A stretch of 64,000 bases of DNA, from positions 1,824,001-1,888,000 of the forward strand of contig CAXXDN010000002.1 in the NCBI GenBank assembly GCA_963667465.2, read 5' to 3'. The stretch's first letter is position 1. The number at the start of each line of letters is the position of its first letter. Under the pieces are notes generated by a model. That model had not been told where the DNA came from, did no database searches, and saw nothing but the letters and a program-made list of their open reading frames with translations. This DNA comes from Dehalococcoidia bacterium (lineage in GTDB: Bacteria > Chloroflexota > Dehalococcoidia > UBA2979). Of the stretch, positions 18,998-28,059 are shown piece after piece. The translations under genes and the position numbers were made by a program.

Positions 18998-20236
18998 GTG
19001 ACGCTCAGCCTCGAGCCCAGCGGTACAGGGGCGGGCGGCGTGTTCGCCTCATTCCACGCGCCCCGCTTCCGGCGGGTGTGGCTCGGCGCGGTGCTGTTCG
19101 CGCTCGGCTTCTGGATGGAGCGCCTCGCGGTCGGCTGGTTCGTGCTCGACGTGACGGGTTCGGTGCTGCTCGCCGCACTCTCCCTTGGCATCCGCGCGAT
19201 TCCCAACCTCGTGCTCGGCCCCATCGGCGGGGCGGTTTCCGACCGCCTCCCGCGAGGCCGCGTGCTGACGGTGACCGCGCTCGTGCGCGCCGGCGCCGTC
19301 GCCCTGATGGCGCTCGTCGTGATCGTCGACGTGGCGACGGTCCCGCTGCTGCTCGGCCTCGTGCTCGTAACGAGCTCCACGCTGGCGTTCCATATCACCT
19401 CGCTGCAGGCGCTCCAGGCGGAGATCGCGGGAACGACCCGCCTCGGAAACGCGATCAGCCTGACCACGTTCGGTGAGCGCGCGGTGGGCGCCGTTGGCGC
19501 GCTCGGCGGCGGCGTGCTGATCGGCTGGCTCGGGCCGGAACCGGCCTTCCTCGTCGCAGCGTTACCGCTCGCCTGTGCCGCCGCCGTCTTCGCCGGTCTG
19601 CGTCCCCCGGCGCGGTTGCCCGTGGCGCGGGCGCACCTCTTCCGCGATGTCCTGGATGGCCTGCGCCTGCTCGCGCGAACGCCGACGGTGCGGCTGCTGC
19701 TGGGGATGATGATCGCCGTCGAGATCCTGGGCATCTCGTTCGCAAGCATGCTGCCCGCGGTCGCCGAGCGCGTCCTCGAGGTCGGCCCGGAGCGCCTTGG
19801 TGTGCTCACCGCGGGGGTGGCCGCGGGCGCGATGTGCGGCACTGCGCTGCTCGTGTTCACAATCGATCGGCTGCCGCACGGGCTGATGCTGGTCGGCGTG
19901 TTCGTGGCGTTCGGTCTGCTCGTGGTAGCGCTCGGCAACTCTACGATCTTCTGGCTCTCGGTCGCCGTGACCGTCGGGATCGGCGCTGCGGCGGCGACGG
20001 TCGATGCGCTGCAATGGATCATGCTGCAGCTCAACGTGCGCGCCGAGGAGCGCGGGCGCGTCCTCGGTGGCTGGCACTTCGCGATCGGCTGGGGCTGGAT
20101 CGGTCCGCTCACGCTCGGCGCGGTGGCGGAGGCGACGAGCGTGCCGCTGGCGCTGACGCTCAACGGGACGCTGCTCGTGGTCGTCGCGGTGGTGGCGTTC
20201 ATCGCATCGAAGACGCTGCGCGAGCGGCGGCGCTGA
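18998..20236 (+). CDS. MFS transporter
   Basis: About 12 hydrophobic segments, GAVSDRLPRGR motif A, EERGRVLG. Confidence 0.88.
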   Translation: MTLSLEPSGTGAGGVFASFHAPRFRRVWLGAVLFALGFWMERLAVGWFVLDVTGSVLLAALSLGIRAIPNLVLGPIGGAVSDRLPRGRVLTVTALVRAGAVALMALVVIVDVATVPLLLGLVLVTSSTLAFHITSLQALQAEIAGTTRLGNAISLTTFGERAVGAVGALGGGVLIGWLGPEPAFLVAALPLACAAAVFAGLRPPARLPVARAHLFRDVLDGLRLLARTPTVRLLLGMMIAVEILGISFASMLPAVAERVLEVGPERLGVLTAGVAAGAMCGTALLVFTIDRLPHGLMLVGVFVAFGLLVVALGNSTIFWLSVAVTVGIGAAAATVDALQWIMLQLNVRAEERGRVLGGWHFAIGWGWIGPLTLGAVAEATSVPLALTLNGTLLVVVAVVAFIASKTLRERRR

Positions 20237-20335
20237 GGGCGAATGGCGGCGCGCTACGGGGTGGCGCTACCCTCGCGGCAGCCGATCGGCGCGGCCGGGC
20301 GGGCCTGGGCCGGGCGATCAGGGAGGACAGCGCGC

Positions 20336-20626
20336 ATGCCTCGATACGTCGTGCTCTACCGCTTCACCGACTCCGGGCGGAAGCATCTGAAGGAGACGGT
20401 GCACCGCGCCAGCGAAATCCGCGAGCTGAATGAGGCCGCGGGCTTCGACGTGCTCGCCCACTACTGGACGCAGGGCCACTACGACCTCGTGACGGTGGTG
20501 GACGCGCCAAGCGAGGAGGCGATGATGAACGGCCTGTTCAGCATCGCCGAGTCGGGCAACGTCTCCAGCGAGACGCTGCGCGCCTTCACGGACGAGGAGA
20601 TGCAGCGGATCATCGGCCCCGCGTAG
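20336..20626 (+). CDS. GYD domain protein
   Basis: MPRYVVLYRFTDSG, YWTQGHYDLV, GNVSSETLRAF; GGGAGG RBS. Confidence 0.85.
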   Translation: MPRYVVLYRFTDSGRKHLKETVHRASEIRELNEAAGFDVLAHYWTQGHYDLVTVVDAPSEEAMMNGLFSIAESGNVSSETLRAFTDEEMQRIIGPA

Positions 20627-20627
20627 C
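20593..20627 (+). repeat. 35 bp direct repeat, left copy (GYD gene 3' end)
   Basis: CGAGGAGATGCAGCGGATCATCGGCCCCGCGTAGC, identical to 22332-22366. Confidence 0.95.
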
Positions 20628-20793
20628 ACGGCGGCCGGGGGCGGCGCGGGCCGGGCAGCGTGGCCATGCGGCAGTGTGGTCGGTCCTCACCGGAAATCGA
20701 AGCCCGGATCTCTTCCGCGCTTCACCGACCCGGAGTCCTCTGCACGCCCTGCCCGCAACAACAGATCCCTGTTACCATGGGTTCTCTTTGGGA

Positions 20794-20829
20794 GCGTATT
20801 ACCTGTACGCATTAGCGTAGGTTGCTAAT
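20794..20829 (+). promoter_or_regulatory. Putative higBA promoter/operator
   Basis: AT-richer stretch with inverted repeats GCGTA-N7-TACGC and ATTAGC-N7-GCTAAT just before the higB GTG. Confidence 0.55.
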
Positions 20830-20831
20830 CT

Positions 20832-21125
20832 GTGCGTATACTGTCCAAACGGACATTGCGAGAGTTCTGGGAGCGACACCCTGATGCCGAGCATGCGCTC
20901 CTCGCTTGGTACCGCGAGGTCGAGAAGGAGGATTGGAGTACACCTGCACAGCTGATGGACGGGTATCCAGCCGCCAGCATCGTCGGCACCGACAGGGCAG
21001 TCTTCAGGATCAAGGGCAACAGCTACCGGCTGGTGGCGCGGATCAACTACCGGAAGCGCATCGTCTACGTGCGATTCATAGGGACGCACGCGGCATATGA
21101 CCGTGTAGACGTGGAGGAGGTGTAG
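20832..21125 (+). CDS. higB: HigB family toxin
   Basis: MRILSKRTLREFWERHPDA, VFRIKGNSYRLV, RFIGTHAAYD. Confidence 0.92.
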   Translation: MRILSKRTLREFWERHPDAEHALLAWYREVEKEDWSTPAQLMDGYPAASIVGTDRAVFRIKGNSYRLVARINYRKRIVYVRFIGTHAAYDRVDVEEV

Positions 21126-21129
21126 GAAC

Positions 21130-22365
21130 ATGCAGGCCATCGCACCAATCCGCACCGAGGAAGACCTCGAGCGAGCCCTCGCTCGGATCGACGAGATCTT
21201 CGACGCCGCAGCCGGCACTCCGGAGAGCGACGAGCTCGACGTGCTCGCCGATCTCGTCGAGTTGTACGAGTCCCGGGACGAGCCGTTCGGCTACCCCGAT
21301 CCGATCGCTGCCATCGAGTTCCGCATGGAGCAGGCGCAGTTGAACCGCCGCGACCTGATCCCCCTCATCGGGAGTAGCGCAAGGGTCGCCGAGGTGCTCG
21401 CTGGCAAACGCACCATCACGATGGCGATGGCGCGTGCGCTGCACCAGCATCTCGGAATCCCTGCCGATGTTCTGCTCCGGGAACCGCGCAGGGATGCCGG
21501 TGTCGTCGACTTTTTGAAGTTCCCGCTGAAGGAGCTGGCGAAGCGCAATTGGATCCGGGATATCCCCGACCTGAAAGGCAGCGCCGAGGAACTGATCCGC
21601 GAGTTGATGAGGCGGGCGGAAGTGCGGGAAGCAGCACTCTCAGCCAGCTACCGCAAGAACGACCACCAGCGAGTCAACGCAAAGACCGACGAATACGCGC
21701 TCAGGGCGTGGTGCTGGCAAGTAATGGCCGAGGCCAATGCTCGCCTACCCGAGAGCCCCTACGAGCCCGGGACGGTAACGCCGGACTTCCTCAGACAGGT
21801 GGCGCGCCTGAGCCCGCACGAGGACGGACCCAGGCGGGCCAGGGACTTCCTTGCGGAACACGGCATCGCCCTCGAAGTCGTGAAGCACCTACCTCGTACG
21901 CATCTCGACGGTGCGGCGCTGCGTCTCGCCGACGGCCGCCCGGTGATCGGCCTCACCCTCCGCTACGACCGGATCGACAACTTCTGGTTCACGCTCCTGC
22001 ACGAGCTTGCGCATGTCGGCCTGCACTTCGACGGCGGGGAGGACATTTTGTTCGTCGACGACCTCACGCTCCGCTATGAGCAGGGTGGCGACACCCATCC
22101 GAAAGAGACGCAGGCCGACGAGCGGGCCAGCGAGGCGCTCATCCCACAAGCCGACTGGGACGGCAGCCGCGCTTGGGAGAAACCGACCGGGATGGCAGTT
22201 CTCAGCCTCGCACACAGGGCCGGGGTCCACGCAGCCGTCGTGGCAGGCCGGATTCGCCACGAGACGGGGAACTACCGACTGCTCTCTCAGTTCGTCGGGG
22301 CCGGCCAGGTTCGGACTCAGTTCGAGTCGACCGAGGAGATGCAGCGGATCATCGGCCCCGCGTAG
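21130..22365 (+). CDS. higA: HigA antitoxin fused to an ImmA/IrrE (M78-like) metallopeptidase domain
   Basis: PIRTEEDLERAL, PDPIAAIEFRMEQ plus HTH, then LTLRYDRIDNFWFTLLHELAH (HExxH). Confidence 0.88.
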   Translation: MQAIAPIRTEEDLERALARIDEIFDAAAGTPESDELDVLADLVELYESRDEPFGYPDPIAAIEFRMEQAQLNRRDLIPLIGSSARVAEVLAGKRTITMAMARALHQHLGIPADVLLREPRRDAGVVDFLKFPLKELAKRNWIRDIPDLKGSAEELIRELMRRAEVREAALSASYRKNDHQRVNAKTDEYALRAWCWQVMAEANARLPESPYEPGTVTPDFLRQVARLSPHEDGPRRARDFLAEHGIALEVVKHLPRTHLDGAALRLADGRPVIGLTLRYDRIDNFWFTLLHELAHVGLHFDGGEDILFVDDLTLRYEQGGDTHPKETQADERASEALIPQADWDGSRAWEKPTGMAVLSLAHRAGVHAAVVAGRIRHETGNYRLLSQFVGAGQVRTQFESTEEMQRIIGPA

Positions 22366-22366
22366 C
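22332..22366 (+). repeat. 35 bp direct repeat, right copy (forms the higA 3' end)
   Basis: Identical to 20593-20627; both proteins end EEMQRIIGPA*. Confidence 0.95.
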
Positions 22367-22380
22367 GCGGCCGGGGCCGC

Positions 22381-22809
22381 TCAGCCAGACTGCGACGGAG
22401 CCTGGTCGCAGTTGAATTGCCAGTTGATGCCGAACTTGTCCGTGCAGGATCCGAAGTAGGCGCCCCAGAACATCTCCTCGAGGGGCATCGTCACGACGCC
22501 GCCCTCGGAGATCTTCGCGAAGAACTGGTCCGTCTCCTCCCTGGTGGCCGGCATGCAGGAGATCGAGAAGTTGTTGCCCGGCTGCGTCGGCTCGGGCGAC
22601 CAGGATGGCGTGTCGCTGCCCATCAGCACACTCGACCCGATCGGGTACGAGACGTGCATGACGAGGTCACGCTCGCCCTCGGGAACCGGCATGTCGTCGG
22701 GCCCGTCGCCGAAGGTCATCAGCTCGAACTCTCCGCCGAAGACGGAGCGGTAGAACTCGAAGGCCTCCCGGCAGTCGCCGTTGAAGCGCAGGTAGGTGTA
22801 GAGCGTCAT
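22381..22809 (-). CDS. VOC family PhnB/YjdN-like protein
   Basis: YLRFNGDCREAFEFYRSVFGG, VMH, LMGSD, MPLEEMFWGAYFG..TDKFGINW. Confidence 0.9.
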   Translation of the reverse strand: MTLYTYLRFNGDCREAFEFYRSVFGGEFELMTFGDGPDDMPVPEGERDLVMHVSYPIGSSVLMGSDTPSWSPEPTQPGNNFSISCMPATREETDQFFAKISEGGVVTMPLEEMFWGAYFGSCTDKFGINWQFNCDQAPSQSG

Positions 22810-23018
22810 GTATGCACCCCGTTCCCGGATGGCCTGGCGGGCCGACTCGCGACCGCTGGCACAGCGATGTTACTCCGGCCGTCCCGATAGTAACCAGCAC
22901 CAATCCTCAGCGCCGCGTTGGTTGGCAGACGCTGCGGCCCCCGTATAATCCGGCCCACGAGGCGTCAGGGCCGCGCTCCCGCCAGACGGGGCGCATCGCA
23001 AGCTTCGGGGAGGCGTGG

Positions 23019-23594
23019 ATGAGCGAAGCACGAGACACGAGCTGCCGCGATGAGTGCGCGCCGCACTTCGGCCAGCGAGGGCCATCCAGGTTCTCGCGCG
23101 CGGAACTGAACGCGCCGATGATCTGGAACTTCGCGGAGTCCGTCCACGACGCCAACCCTGTCTACTGGGACGAGACCTACGCGAAGCAGACGCGATTCGG
23201 CCGCATCATCGCCCCGCCGCACTCGATCATGACGATGTCCGGCGGCCACTGGTGGGCGCCCGACTACATCCTCGAGCGCGAGGAGCAGGAGATCGAGGCG
23301 CAGGGCGACGACCCAACCGAGACGATTCGCGAGATCGTCGCGAAGTATGGCTACACGACCGCCACCAACGTCACCCGCGAGGACGAGTTCCTGCAGCCGT
23401 ACGGCCCGGGCGACGGCCGCATCAAGCAGACCAGCTACGTCGACGACGTCAGCGAGGAGAAGCAAACGGCCGTCGGCAAGGGCGTCTTTATCATCACGAT
23501 CATCGAGTATCGGCGCGAGGTTGACGACGAGTTGATCGCCCGCGCCCGCAACGTGCTGCTGATGTACGACTCGAGCCAGCCGCGGGACAGCTAG
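23019..23594 (+). CDS. MaoC-like hot-dog dehydratase subunit
   Basis: IWNFAESVHDANPVYWDE..A...RFG.IIAPP, KQTAVGKG.F; GGGGAGG RBS. Confidence 0.8.
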   Translation: MSEARDTSCRDECAPHFGQRGPSRFSRAELNAPMIWNFAESVHDANPVYWDETYAKQTRFGRIIAPPHSIMTMSGGHWWAPDYILEREEQEIEAQGDDPTETIREIVAKYGYTTATNVTREDEFLQPYGPGDGRIKQTSYVDDVSEEKQTAVGKGVFIITIIEYRREVDDELIARARNVLLMYDSSQPRDS

Positions 23595-23619
23595 CCCGCC
23601 AGCGCCAGGGAGGAACACC

Positions 23620-24051
23620 ATGGCCTTCTTCGAGGACCGCGATTGGGACACCGTGTTCGAGGGCGCCAGCCTGCAGGCGCTTGAGTTCGGGCCGATCACC
23701 ATGACCACCCAGGTCATGGACGCCTCGGGCACGCGCGACCTCTACCCGATCCACCACGACCGGGAGTTCGCGAAGGCGAACGGAGCGCGCGACATCTTCC
23801 TCAACACGATGTGGTACCAGGGTCTGCTCGGACGCTTCGTGAACGAGTGGGGCGGGCCGGAGTCCTTCATCCGCAAGCTCAGCTTCGACATGCGGGCGAC
23901 GAACTGCCCGGGCGACCTGCTGACCGTGCGCGGCACGGTGACGAAGAAGTACGAGCAGGAGGGCCAGAAGCTGGTTGACCTGGACGTGCGGATCGACAAC
24001 CAGATCCAGCCTGACACCGTGACCGCCCGGATCACACTTGAGCTCGTCTAG
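23620..24051 (+). CDS. MaoC-like hot-dog dehydratase subunit
   Basis: TRDLYPIHHDREFA (D-x4-H dyad), DIFLNT, PGDLLTVRG. Confidence 0.85.
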   Translation: MAFFEDRDWDTVFEGASLQALEFGPITMTTQVMDASGTRDLYPIHHDREFAKANGARDIFLNTMWYQGLLGRFVNEWGGPESFIRKLSFDMRATNCPGDLLTVRGTVTKKYEQEGQKLVDLDVRIDNQIQPDTVTARITLELV

Positions 24052-24105
24052 CCTCGCCGGGCGTGTTGACCAGCCGCCCGCGGGCTTGAGCCGGGACCGC
24101 TCGCC

Positions 24106-26481
24106 ATGAGCATCCTCGCTGGCGTCCGCGTCGTCGCGATCCCGGGCGCGATGGGCAGCGCCGCCTGGACAGCGAAGCACCTCGCCGACTGGGGCGCGGA
24201 CGTCACGCTGCTCGAGCCGCCCGAGGGCGCGGCGCTACGCGAAGCGCCACCGTGGTACGAGCTGGCCGGCGAACGCCGCAGCGCGACCTGGACGTGGGTC
24301 TCGCGCGGGGCGACCTCCGTGCGCGTCGGCGAAGGTCTGGCGACCACGCCGCCCGACGCCCGCACCGCCTGCGAGCAGGCGGACGTGGTAGTCGTCGACG
24401 CGGACATGACCGAGCGCATGCTGGGACTCGCGCCCAACGCGCTGCGCGGCGCCCTCGAGGGCCGGACGACCGTCCTGCTGATCACGCCGTTCGCACTGGA
24501 CGGTCCGTACGCGGACTACCGCGCGTCCGACCTCGGAGTGAACTCGCTCGGCGGCTGGACGGGGATGCTCGGCGAACCGGACCGCGAGCCGCTGCGGCCG
24601 GGCGGGGACATGAACCCGCGCGTGACCGGCGTCTACGGCTTCGACTCGTTACTGGTCGCGCTGCACCACCAGGCGCGCGGCGCGGCCCCCGCGTACATCG
24701 AGCTCTCGCAGCAGGCGGTCGCGGCCGCGAGCCTGACCGCGCCGTGGATGGTCTACAGCATGACCGCGGGCGCGGGGGCGATGCAGCGGCGGCCCTCACA
24801 GTGGCCGCACAGCGTGCTGCCCTGCAAGGATGGCTGGGCGGCGATCTCTCCGCTCACCTTCCAGCACTGGGAGCTGCTCTGCCAACTGCTCGGGATCGAC
24901 GACATCCTCGAGGAGTCGTGGGGGCGCGACCCGGCGTGGCGGCAGGAGCACGGCAACGATCTGCTGCCGCGCGTGGAGCCCTGGTTCGCGGCGCGCACGC
25001 GCGAGGAGATCTACACCGAATCGCAGGCCTGGCGCCTGCCGGCCGGCCCCGTCGACACCGTCGCACAGCGCGAGGACTGCCCGCAGCTCAACGCGCGCGG
25101 CTTCTTCCTCGAGCAGGAAATCGACGGCGCAACGGTGAAGGCGCCGCGCGTCCCCTACCTGCTCAGCGCCGCCGACCCGAGCGAGCGCGGCGACCTGGCC
25201 GAGGCGGAGCGGCCCGCCCTCGATGGTGGTGAGAGCGCGTCCGGCGGCGAGGGGCCTGCGCTGCCTTTCGAGGGCATTCGCGTGGTCGATTTGACGTGGT
25301 TCTGGTCGGGTCCGCACTGCACGATGACGATGGGCGCGCTCGGCGCCGACGTGATCAAGGTGGAGTCGATCCAGCGGCCGGACTCCTACCGCTACACCGC
25401 CGTCGACGCCTCGGCGGAGCGCTGGTATGAGCGCGGGGCGCTCTGGAACGACACCAACCCGAATAAGCGCAGCGTCACGCTGAACCTGGACAGCGAGACG
25501 GGGATGGCGTTCCTCGTGCAGCTGCTCGAGCAGGCAGACGTGGTCATCAGCAACTTCTCGAACCGTGTGCTGCCGAACCTCGGGCTCACGGTCGAGCGCT
25601 TCCACGAGATCAACCCGCGGCTGATCGTCGCGCTGCTGCCCGGCTACGGACCGGACGGGCCGTGGGGCCACTTCGTCGGCTACGGCGTGAGCTTCGAGCA
25701 GGCCGTGGTCGCACAGCTGACCGGCTACCCCGACGACCGCCCGCTGATCAACGGCGGCTTCTCAGACACGCTCGTCGGCATGCACGCGCTCGCGGCGATC
25801 ACGCTCTCGCTGCGCGACCGGGAGCGCACCGGCCAGGGCAGCTACGCCGAGGTGCCGCAGTGCGAGGTGCTCGACAGCCTGCTCGGCCCGGAGCACATCG
25901 CCGTCGGCCACGGCGAGCCCTCGCGGATGCGGATGGCGAACCGCCACGAGTCGATGGCGCCGCACAACGTCTACCCGGTCGCCGGGCAGGACGAGTGGAT
26001 CAGCATCGCCGTGGCCAGCGACGAGGAGTTCGCCGCCCTCGCGACGGCGATCGATGCGCCGCACATCGCCGAGGACGCGCGGTTCGCGACGGCCGCCGGT
26101 CGCAAAGAGCACGAGGACGCCCTCGACGCCGCGATCGCGGCGGCCGTCCGCGATCGCGACCTGGTGGACCTGGAGCGTGCCCTCCAGGCGGCCGGTGTGA
26201 TGGGCTGCCGCGTCTCCAAGCCTTACCTGCTCACCGAGGACGAGAACCTCGTCCACCTCGACTTCTTCCAGAAGCTGGACCGCGAGCTGACGGGCACGCA
26301 CCCGTTCAAGACCTTCCCCTTCCGCTTCAGCACCTTCGACCTGCGCCACCGCATGCCGCCACCGCTGCTCGGCCAGCACAACCACGAGGTGCTGGCCGAA
26401 CTCGGCGTGGACGACGACGCGATTCGCGCGCTCGAGGAGCAGCAGGAGATCGGCAGCGAGCCGCTCGGCTTCAACGCCTGA
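24106..26481 (+). CDS. Two-domain fused CoA-transferase family III
   Basis: N-half LAGVRVV..LADWGADV lacks the Asp; C-half PFEGIRVVDLTWFWSGP..GADVIKVES..GFSDTLVG has it. Confidence 0.9.
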   Translation: MSILAGVRVVAIPGAMGSAAWTAKHLADWGADVTLLEPPEGAALREAPPWYELAGERRSATWTWVSRGATSVRVGEGLATTPPDARTACEQADVVVVDADMTERMLGLAPNALRGALEGRTTVLLITPFALDGPYADYRASDLGVNSLGGWTGMLGEPDREPLRPGGDMNPRVTGVYGFDSLLVALHHQARGAAPAYIELSQQAVAAASLTAPWMVYSMTAGAGAMQRRPSQWPHSVLPCKDGWAAISPLTFQHWELLCQLLGIDDILEESWGRDPAWRQEHGNDLLPRVEPWFAARTREEIYTESQAWRLPAGPVDTVAQREDCPQLNARGFFLEQEIDGATVKAPRVPYLLSAADPSERGDLAEAERPALDGGESASGGEGPALPFEGIRVVDLTWFWSGPHCTMTMGALGADVIKVESIQRPDSYRYTAVDASAERWYERGALWNDTNPNKRSVTLNLDSETGMAFLVQLLEQADVVISNFSNRVLPNLGLTVERFHEINPRLIVALLPGYGPDGPWGHFVGYGVSFEQAVVAQLTGYPDDRPLINGGFSDTLVGMHALAAITLSLRDRERTGQGSYAEVPQCEVLDSLLGPEHIAVGHGEPSRMRMANRHESMAPHNVYPVAGQDEWISIAVASDEEFAALATAIDAPHIAEDARFATAAGRKEHEDALDAAIAAAVRDRDLVDLERALQAAGVMGCRVSKPYLLTEDENLVHLDFFQKLDRELTGTHPFKTFPFRFSTFDLRHRMPPPLLGQHNHEVLAELGVDDDAIRALEEQQEIGSEPLGFNA

Positions 26482-26499
26482 GCAGCGGAGGGCCAGCCA

Positions 26500-26943
26500 A
26501 TGGTCGTCGACGAGTCCGGACCAATGCGCCCGCTGCCCCTCCCGACGGATGACTCCGCCCCCTACTGGGAGGCGATGAACCGCCACGAGCTGCTGCTGCA
26601 GCGCTGCCTCGACTGCGACCGCGTCGTCTACCTGCCCGCCCCGATGTGCGACGAGTGCCAGTCGTTCAACCTCGAGCACTTCGTCTCCAGCGGACGCGGC
26701 CACATCTACAGCTGGACAGTGGTGCACAACATGGGACACCCGGCCTTCGTGCCGCCCTACGCGGTGCTGCTGGTGGAGGTCGAGGAGGGCCCACGCATCC
26801 TCGCGCAACTGCACGCGCCCGACGGCGACGAGTGGGAGCGCCTGGAAGTGGGCCTGCCGGTGCGCGTTGCCTGGGACGAGAGCGAGCCGGAGCAGACCTT
26901 CGCGATCTTCGAGATCGACACCGGCGCGAGCGAAGCAGCCTGA
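26500..26943 (+). CDS. DUF35/ChsH2-like Zn-ribbon plus OB-fold protein
   Basis: PYWEA...ELLLQRCLDC...P...CDEC, GRGHIYSWTVV, VEVEEGPRI. Confidence 0.88.
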   Translation: MVVDESGPMRPLPLPTDDSAPYWEAMNRHELLLQRCLDCDRVVYLPAPMCDECQSFNLEHFVSSGRGHIYSWTVVHNMGHPAFVPPYAVLLVEVEEGPRILAQLHAPDGDEWERLEVGLPVRVAWDESEPEQTFAIFEIDTGASEAA

Positions 26944-27001
26944 TCGGCGCGCCCGGCGCGCACGCCCGGGGGCGCCCGCAGACCCATTCCGGGAGGACCG
27001 C

Positions 27002-27967
27002 ATGCACGTCCTGATCATCGGCGGCACACGCTTCGTCGGGCGCCACATCGGCGAGGAACTGCTGGAGCAGGGACACACCATCACGCTGCTCAACCGCGGC
27101 ATCACGCCGGACAGCTTCCCGGCCGAGGTGGAGCGGCTGCGCGCGGACCGCAACGAGCCGGAGCAGGTACGCAGCGCCCTCGAGGGCCGCGAGTTCGACG
27201 CGATCGTCGACTGCATCGCCTACCAGCAGGCGGAGGCCGAGCTGGTGATCGAGCTGTTCGCCGGCCGGATCGGGCGCTACGTCTACATCAGCAGCAGCTC
27301 CGTCTACCGGCCGAGCGAGCTGCTGCCGATCGAGGAGACACACCCGCTGAACGACGGCACGGGCTGGGACTACGCCCGTGGCAAGATCGCGGTCGAGCGG
27401 CTGCTCGAACGGACCGCGACGGACACGTTCCCCTGGGTAAGCCTGCGGCCCGCCTACATCTTCGGACCCTACAACAGCGCCGCGAACGCCGAGTTCTCGC
27501 TGTTCCAGCGGATCGAGCAGGGGCGGCCCGTGCTGGTACCGGGCGACGGCTACTTCTTCTTCCACCAGAGCCACGGCCGCGACCTGGCGCATGCGACGAT
27601 CGCGGCCATCGAACGCAACGAGGCCGTCGGCAACGCCTACAACATCACGGGGCGTTACGCGCAGTCCGGCAACGAGCTCGTGCAGGCGGCCGCGGCGGCC
27701 GTGGGCCGGAAGGCGGAGATCGCCTACCTGCCCGGCGCCACCCGGCGCAGCGAGGTGGGGCGCTACTTCTACTGGCAAACGCGTCCGGCGCAGGTCTACT
27801 CGACGGAGGCGGCGCGGCGCGACCTCGCCTGGCAGCCGCGCTTCGGCATCCGTGAGGGCATGCGCGACGCCTATCGCTGGTACCTCGAGAGCGGCTACGC
27901 GGAGGCGCAGCCATACGACTTCAGCGCCCACGACGAGTTGCTGGAGCGCATGGCCGCCGAGGGATAA
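27002..27967 (+). CDS. NAD-dependent epimerase/dehydratase (extended SDR)
   Basis: VLIIGGTRFVG, LNRG, YISSSSVY, YARGK, LRPAYIFGP. Confidence 0.88.
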   Translation: MHVLIIGGTRFVGRHIGEELLEQGHTITLLNRGITPDSFPAEVERLRADRNEPEQVRSALEGREFDAIVDCIAYQQAEAELVIELFAGRIGRYVYISSSSVYRPSELLPIEETHPLNDGTGWDYARGKIAVERLLERTATDTFPWVSLRPAYIFGPYNSAANAEFSLFQRIEQGRPVLVPGDGYFFFHQSHGRDLAHATIAAIERNEAVGNAYNITGRYAQSGNELVQAAAAAVGRKAEIAYLPGATRRSEVGRYFYWQTRPAQVYSTEAARRDLAWQPRFGIREGMRDAYRWYLESGYAEAQPYDFSAHDELLERMAAEG

Positions 27968-28059
27968 CCAGCGCAACACACGCAGTTCACATCATCCGGT
28001 CCGGTCGAGGGCGGGCCCGCGCTTGCGCGGGCGGCAGCGTGTCGTTCAGACCTCGGCGG

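Noticed and set aside
20593-22366. Direct repeats as CRISPR repeats, IS ends or integron attC sites
   Set aside because: Only two copies 1.7 kb apart, derived from coding sequence, with no cas, transposase or intI gene and no attC-like structure.
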